Origin: Candidatus Omnitrophota bacterium
GTDB lineage: Bacteria > Omnitrophota > Gorgyraeia > Zapsychrales > Zapsychraceae
Assembly: GCA_016931055.1 (NCBI GenBank)
Contig: JAFGFL010000055.1
Span: 5,773 to 69,772 of the forward strand
Direction: 5' to 3'
Length of the DNA stretch: 64,000 nucleotides
Shown here piece by piece: positions 58,878 to 64,000 of this stretch (position 1 is the stretch's first letter; every line of letters starts with the position of its first letter). The position numbers were made by a program, and so were the translations under genes. Below the pieces are notes generated by a model. The model worked only from the letters and a program-made list of their open reading frames with translations. It made no database searches and was not told where the DNA came from.

Positions 58878-59014
58878 AGTGATATTTAACTTTCGGATTC
58901 GTAAGCAGGTGGGAAATAGATTTTTTAAAGTAAAAAATCCGAAACCCATGGTCCCCTTACTTCCCGCTTCAAGAAGCATCATCAAAGGTGATCAACAGGT
59001 TCCGGATTTCTTGA

Positions 59015-60562
59015 TCAAGGGCGAGCACTGACCCCGATTTTCATTTGTTCAACGTCAACTTTTATAATCTTAACGCTTAATTTGTCTCCCGGCTTCAAAG
59101 CAGCCGCTTGTTCCTTGTCGATTTCCGAAGAATACACCAAAGCCTCGACATCATTTTCCAATTTAACGAAAACACCGAAATTGGAATTCAGAACAACTTC
59201 CGCTTCCATCACCGTGTCGATAGGATATTTCTCTGCGATCTGAGGCCAGGGATTCGGCTTCAGTTGTTTAAGACCCAGGTTGATTTTCCGGCTGTTTGCG
59301 TCAACGGCCAGAACAATCACTTCGACCTCCTGCCCTTTTTCTAGGACATCTTGTGGGTGATTAATTTTTTTCGTCCAGGACATGTCAGAAATGTGAATCA
59401 TTCCCTCCAGGCCCGATTCCAGTTCGACAAAGGCGCCATAATCCGTGAATCCTCGGACTTTGCCTTTGACTTTTGAATCGATCGCATAATGTTTTTCGAT
59501 CTCAAGCCAAGGATTATCCTCCAATTGTTTCATGCTCAAGGAGATTCTTTTGGAATCTTTATCGACATTGATGATCTGGACCTCGATTTCATCGCCGACC
59601 TTGAACATTTCATGGGGGTTCACCAGCTTTTTCTGCCAGGTGATTTCGGAAGAATGCAACAAACCTTCGATACCGCGTTCGATCTCGACAAAAACACCGT
59701 AAGGCATAACGTTAACAATCTTGCCTTTGGCTTTCGTTCCCGTCGGATATTTATCGTAAATGTCGGTCCACGGGTTCTCAATAATTTGCTTTAAGCCCAA
59801 CGAAACCTTTGAATTTTCGCGGTCGTAATCTAAGATCAAAACTTCAATCTTATCCCCTACGGATACAACTTCAGAAGGATGATTGATGCGCGTCCAGCTC
59901 ATATCCGTAATATGCAAAAGGCCGTCAACACCGCCAAGGTCGATGAACGCCCCGAAATCCGTGATCCCCTTAACAACTCCCATGCGCTTCTGGCCCTTGT
60001 CTAATTCTTTCCAGAGTTTGTCGCGGACAACTTCCTTCTCCTTTTGAACGACTTCGCGGCGGGAAAGAATCAGGTTGCGGCGAAGCTTGTTTAATTTGGC
60101 AACTTGAAAGGTATATTTGCTCGCCATGATCTCTTCCGTAGAAACGCCTTTGAAGGCGGAGAGCGACATCGGCAAGAACGCTTCTATCCCATAAACATCG
60201 ACGATAAACCCGCCTTTGACCTGTTTCACGATCCTCCCATCGACGTTATCCCCTTCATTGATGGAATCGCCGAGCTTCATCCATCCCTGTAATTTCTCCG
60301 CCTTCTGATGAGAAAGAACAAGCCGCCCCTCATCGTCTTCAATCGATTCAATCAAGATATCGATCTCGCTGCCCACCTGTAAATTCTCAACATTGCGGAA
60401 TTCCTCGATGCCAACGAACCCTTCCGATTTAAAGCCGATATCCACAACGACTTCTTTTTCGTTGACAGCAGCGACCTTTCCTTTAACAATCTCCCCTTCT
60501 TTAATATCGCGGAAAGTTTCGTTATACATTTCTGCCATCTGCGTTTGTTTTTCGACATTCAT
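59015..60562 (-). CDS. rpsA: 30S ribosomal protein S1 (multiple S1/OB repeats)
   Basis: 515 aa with repeated G..V.G.V......GAFV.L..G.EGL.H.S... modules. I count about 6 by eye. Confidence 0.95.
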   Translation of the reverse strand: MNVEKQTQMAEMYNETFRDIKEGEIVKGKVAAVNEKEVVVDIGFKSEGFVGIEEFRNVENLQVGSEIDILIESIEDDEGRLVLSHQKAEKLQGWMKLGDSINEGDNVDGRIVKQVKGGFIVDVYGIEAFLPMSLSAFKGVSTEEIMASKYTFQVAKLNKLRRNLILSRREVVQKEKEVVRDKLWKELDKGQKRMGVVKGITDFGAFIDLGGVDGLLHITDMSWTRINHPSEVVSVGDKIEVLILDYDRENSKVSLGLKQIIENPWTDIYDKYPTGTKAKGKIVNVMPYGVFVEIERGIEGLLHSSEITWQKKLVNPHEMFKVGDEIEVQIINVDKDSKRISLSMKQLEDNPWLEIEKHYAIDSKVKGKVRGFTDYGAFVELESGLEGMIHISDMSWTKKINHPQDVLEKGQEVEVIVLAVDANSRKINLGLKQLKPNPWPQIAEKYPIDTVMEAEVVLNSNFGVFVKLENDVEALVYSSEIDKEQAAALKPGDKLSVKIIKVDVEQMKIGVSARP

Positions 60563-60664
60563 GAATAGAATTACCTTCTTTCTTCCTGGATTTTTATCTC
60601 GAAGCTAGACGCAAGCCTTCGGAAAGTAAACCTTTATAAAGAAAAAGTTTAAATAGTTTATGTA

Positions 60665-60688
60665 GATTTATAATAATAATTATAAATC
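60665..60688. repeat. Perfect A+T-rich inverted repeat (10-bp arms, 4-nt spacer) in the rpsA 5' region
   Basis: GATTTATAAT-AATA-ATTATAAATC on the plus strand. It begins about 10 nt downstream of the predicted -10 element, at or just after the expected transcription start. Confidence 0.7.
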
Positions 60689-60698
60689 CGAGGTGACC

Positions 60699-60726
60699 AT
60701 TATCGCAAAATCCATCAATTTGTCAA
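60699..60726 (-). promoter_or_regulatory. Candidate sigma70-type promoter for rpsA
   Basis: Minus strand TTGACA (60726-60721), a 16-nt spacer, then GATAAT (60704-60699). About 135 nt upstream of the rpsA ATG at 60562. Confidence 0.6.
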
Positions 60727-60761
60727 TAAAATTATTGGTTCTTCTAAGGCGGGCAGAACTT

Positions 60762-61343
60762 TTAAGAAAGAGACTCTATTTCCCTCATAATGGAGGTGAC
60801 AATTTCTGTATACAGCAGGTCTGAAGAATAGTCGAGGGGCTTTCCAAAGGATACCGTAACACGTCCGCGCTTAGGGAACCGGGTTTTCGGGGGAAGCACT
60901 TTTTCAGACCCATCGATACGCACCGGGATGACAGGAACACCCCCTTTAACAGCTAAAAAACCGATTCCAGGATACATTTTACTTTCCCTCCCAGAACCTT
61001 GCCGCGTCCCCTCAGGAAAAACAACCAGCGGTAGCCCTCTTTTTAAACGCCTCAACGATTCCCGCAGGGCGCGGACATCGGAAGCCCCCCTGCGGACAGG
61101 GAACGCCTCCACATGGTGAAGAAGAAACCGCAGAATCGGATTCTTAAACAATGAGGCTTTCGTCATATAGCTGATCCGGCGGTTAAAGCATAGCCCTATA
61201 AGGAAAGGGTCAAGATTGCTTTTATGGTTGCTGGCAAGGATGAAACCGCCCTTTTGGGGAAGATGTTCCTTCCCGACCACGGTTCGCGGAGAAAAGATCT
61301 GCCCAATGAGCTTGATGATGTAATAGGCTATCCAGTAGATCAT
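60762..61343 (-). CDS. plsC: 1-acyl-sn-glycerol-3-phosphate acyltransferase
   Basis: 193 aa. NHKSNLDPF (HX4D), FPEGTR, and an N-terminal membrane anchor. Confidence 0.88.
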   Translation of the reverse strand: MIYWIAYYIIKLIGQIFSPRTVVGKEHLPQKGGFILASNHKSNLDPFLIGLCFNRRISYMTKASLFKNPILRFLLHHVEAFPVRRGASDVRALRESLRRLKRGLPLVVFPEGTRQGSGRESKMYPGIGFLAVKGGVPVIPVRIDGSEKVLPPKTRFPKRGRVTVSFGKPLDYSSDLLYTEIVTSIMREIESLS

Positions 61344-61352
61344 GAAAGACTG

Positions 61353-62771
61353 TTATCTCAGTAATCCTTCACCAACTCTTAATAACTCTTTAGCCTTCTT
61401 TAATGATGTCGCCTCAGAATAGGCGCGCACAAGAGGTTCGGTCCCCGATGGGCGCAGCATGAGCCAACTGCCGTCCTCACAAACCAGTTTAACGCCGTCA
61501 AAATCGGTCATCTTGACAACTTTTTTGCCTAATAGATCCTTGATGGCCTTCATGCGATTCTCGTCAAATGTCCTTCCCTTTAAATCCAAATCCGACCGCT
61601 CATAATAATAACGGCCGAATTCCTTCTCCATATCGGATAAAAGCCGTTTAATATTTTTCTTTTCATAGACCATCATCTCAAGCAAGAGCAGCCCTGCCAA
61701 CGTCCCATCACGTTCGGGAATGTAATCCTGCACGCCGATACCGCCGGCTTCCTCCCCGCCAGCTATGATACGCTCGGAAACCATCAAATCAGAGATGTAT
61801 TTAAATCCAACAGGCGTCTCATAAAGCTTAAGCCCTAATTTCTTGGCGATATTATCAATGAGCACTGTCCCGCACGTTGTCTTGACGACCCCGCCCTGAC
61901 AACCGCGGTTACGCACCAAATGCAAAATAATGAGGCCCAATATCCTCTGCGGCGAAATGAACTCTCCTCCCGGCGCGACCGCTGCGATACGGTCCGCGTC
62001 GCCATCCAGGACCAACCCAAGGTCGAATTTTTCCTTTTTGACTTTGTTCAGAATGCCTTCTAGATATTCCACCACCGGTTCTGGTTTACCGCCGTTAAAA
62101 TACGGGTTGATCTCAGAACGCAACAAGGACAGCCGAATGCTGCCCCCTTTAAGCACTTCTTCCAACAACCTCCCCCCGCTGCCATGCATGACATCCTGAA
62201 CGACTTTAAATCTCGCCTTTTTAATCCGTTTCAGGTCAATGTAACTTTTCATGAATTTGAGATAGGCAACAGTAAAATCGTGGATCTTCATTCTGCCTTC
62301 TTGGACGGCCGCGTCAAATTCCATCGTCTTGACAGTAGTCTTCTCTAAATATTGTTCAACCTTCTTCGTGATCTCTGTCGATGCTCCGCCCCCCTGGCTC
62401 GTTTTAATCTTAACGCCGTTGAATTTTGCGGGATTATGGCTCGCGGTGATCATGATCCCGGCAACGCCTTTGATCTTAACCACCCCGTAGCTTATGGCCG
62501 GTGTGGGGATAGGTTTATCGGAAAAATAAACCTCAATATCATTCTTGGCAAGGATACATCCGATAATCTGTGCATATTCGCGCCCAAGGAACCGCGTATC
62601 ATAACCGACAGCAACCCTCTTTGCGCCTTCGATCGGCTTGAGATCGTTCTTGATCCAATCGCTGATCGCCTGGCCGACAATAGAAACATTCTTGAATGTA
62701 AAATTATCCGAAATGACCCCCCGCCAGCCATCAGTCCCGAACTTAATCTCATTGTTTGCCATATTGACCAA
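61353..62771 (-). CDS. Phosphoglucomutase/phosphomannomutase family (alpha-D-phosphohexomutase)
   Basis: 472 aa. FGTDGWRG, active-site TASHNP, DGDADR, GGEEAGG. Confidence 0.9.
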   Translation of the reverse strand: MVNMANNEIKFGTDGWRGVISDNFTFKNVSIVGQAISDWIKNDLKPIEGAKRVAVGYDTRFLGREYAQIIGCILAKNDIEVYFSDKPIPTPAISYGVVKIKGVAGIMITASHNPAKFNGVKIKTSQGGGASTEITKKVEQYLEKTTVKTMEFDAAVQEGRMKIHDFTVAYLKFMKSYIDLKRIKKARFKVVQDVMHGSGGRLLEEVLKGGSIRLSLLRSEINPYFNGGKPEPVVEYLEGILNKVKKEKFDLGLVLDGDADRIAAVAPGGEFISPQRILGLIILHLVRNRGCQGGVVKTTCGTVLIDNIAKKLGLKLYETPVGFKYISDLMVSERIIAGGEEAGGIGVQDYIPERDGTLAGLLLLEMMVYEKKNIKRLLSDMEKEFGRYYYERSDLDLKGRTFDENRMKAIKDLLGKKVVKMTDFDGVKLVCEDGSWLMLRPSGTEPLVRAYSEATSLKKAKELLRVGEGLLR

Positions 62772-62772
62772 C

Positions 62773-63366
62773 CTATCCCTTTCTAGAATTACTGCGCATA
62801 TATAATTTATTCTTCTTAATGTATTTCAAAACATTATCCGGCACCAGATACCGGACTGTCTTCCTTAATATAATACGGTTTCGCACAAAGGATGAGGAGG
62901 TTTGCAGGCCAGGCACGGCGATGGATTTGACTTTGATCTTCGATTTTTGTTCCTTAAATCCCGGCCGGTTAACCGATACAAAAGAAACAATCTTAAGGAT
63001 TTCGTCAATACGTTTCCACTTATATAACGTCGGGAGAAGATCGCTCCCAATAATAAAAAAGAATTTGGTTCCTGTCGGATGGCAGGCATGAAAATGTTTA
63101 ACAGTTTTAATGCTGTACGATTTCCCCTTTTTTTTGACCTCGTAATCAGAGACGGCAAACCGCGGATTCCCCTGGACCGCTAAACGCACCATATGATAAC
63201 GGTCCTTGGCAGGGGCAACATTCCTTTCGCTTTTATGCGGAGGAAGATAGGAAGGGACAAAGATCACCTTATCCAATTTCAGCTGCTCAAAGGCCATCTC
63301 GGCAATCGTCAGGTGCCCGATATGGATCGGATTAAATGTCCCGCCTAAAATCCCAATGCGCTTCAT
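62773..63366 (-). CDS. nadD: Nicotinate-nucleotide adenylyltransferase
   Basis: IGILGGTFNPIHIGH, with SS..R near the C-terminus; 197 aa. Confidence 0.92.
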   Translation of the reverse strand: MKRIGILGGTFNPIHIGHLTIAEMAFEQLKLDKVIFVPSYLPPHKSERNVAPAKDRYHMVRLAVQGNPRFAVSDYEVKKKGKSYSIKTVKHFHACHPTGTKFFFIIGSDLLPTLYKWKRIDEILKIVSFVSVNRPGFKEQKSKIKVKSIAVPGLQTSSSFVRNRIILRKTVRYLVPDNVLKYIKKNKLYMRSNSRKG

Positions 63367-64000
63367 TGGCGTATCTGCCCTTTACCAAAAATCTCGTATT
63401 TATATGTCGTTAATCCTTCCAAAGCCATGGGGCCGCGCACATGCAACTTATCCGTGCTGATCCCCACTTCCGCGCCGAAACCGAATTCATAGCCATCCGT
63501 AAACCTGGTTGACGCGTTCACATAAAGGCACGCCGAATCAACCGATTTCAAAAATTGGCCAGCTTCCTTCCGATTGCGTGTCACGATAGCATCCGAATGC
63601 CGCGAACCATAAGTATTAATATGTCCAATCGCCTCTTGCAGGCTGTTGACGACCTTAACCGATAAAATCATATCAAGATATTCCTCGCTCCAGTCTTTCA
63701 CCGTCGCCGCTTTGATGCCTTTTTTGACAATCTGCCGCGTCATCGGGCAGCCCCTGATCTCAACTCCGGCTTTTAAAAAAGCACCGATCATCTTAGGCAA
63801 GAACCGGCGCGCACAGTCTCTGTGCACCAACATGGTTTCCATCGCATTGCATACGCCGGGCCTTTGGGCTTTAGCATTAAAACAGATCTTCTGTGCCATC
63901 GTCAGGTCCGCGTCTTTCGCCACATACGTATGGCACACCCCTTTATAATGCTTGATAACAGGGATCCGCGTGTTGTCGGCGATAAATCGGATCAATCCCT
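63363..64000 (-). CDS. proA: Glutamate-5-semialdehyde dehydrogenase (gamma-glutamyl phosphate reductase), N-terminus beyond the right window edge
   Basis: The frame is open to position 64000. C-terminal half shows CNAMETMLVH, NASTRFTDGYEFGFGAEVGISTDKLHVRGPMALEGLTTYK. 4-nt overlap with nadD. Confidence 0.9.
   Translation of the reverse strand, partial: GLIRFIADNTRIPVIKHYKGVCHTYVAKDADLTMAQKICFNAKAQRPGVCNAMETMLVHRDCARRFLPKMIGAFLKAGVEIRGCPMTRQIVKKGIKAATVKDWSEEYLDMILSVKVVNSLQEAIGHINTYGSRHSDAIVTRNRKEAGQFLKSVDSACLYVNASTRFTDGYEFGFGAEVGISTDKLHVRGPMALEGLTTYKYEIFGKGQIRQ

Overview
This is a core-genome window from a compact bacterial genome. Every gene I can support (about 85 CDS and 3 tRNAs) lies on the minus strand. 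In the direction of transcription (right to left) the order is: proA (partial)-nadD-phosphohexomutase-plsC | rpsA | tyrS | tRNA-Thr-rpmG-tRNA-Trp-secE-nusG-rplKAJL-rpoBC-rpsLG-fusA-tuf-S10/spc/alpha operons down to rplQ, one uninterrupted ~31 kb translation/transcription super-cluster (57.6 kb to 26.7 kb) | aspartate aminotransferase-pilT-IDH-family dehydrogenase | lipB plus a stand-alone lipoyl domain | three lipid/glycolipid transferases plus a TonB-like protein | DUF1844-Trm112-aroQ-membrane protein-pepP-efp-accBC-Asp23/AmaP | pfk-gmhA-hldC-ThiD2-like-thiE | tRNA-Gly | M23 peptidase-AAA ATPase-phosphoesterase-HIT-dGTPase-like-HD-GYP-SPOR-small basic protein-SH3b-M50 protease-aroB (partial). 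I found no rRNA, CRISPR array, transposase, integrase or obvious acquired island. Several ORF-track entries are over-extended at the N-terminus and were trimmed by homology logic. Three genes missing from the track were recovered by hand: aroB, rpmJ and rpmG. I do not see a convincing new multi-gene system, so the window is mostly ordinary housekeeping DNA. The items most worth a second look are: (1) a 161-nt G+C-rich, hairpin-dense spacer between rpsH and rplF inside the spc operon; (2) an Arch_ATPase/DUF234-like NTPase embedded in a run of four nucleotide-phosphohydrolase genes; (3) a stand-alone lipoyl-domain gene abutting lipB; (4) a 59-nt rpoC/rpsL overlap; and (5) unusual ribosomal-protein extensions with L30 absent. 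The lineage guess is inference only, at low confidence: an uncultivated PVC-related or Omnitrophota-like bacterium, based on the PVC-type small basic protein, very tight gene packing and missing L30.
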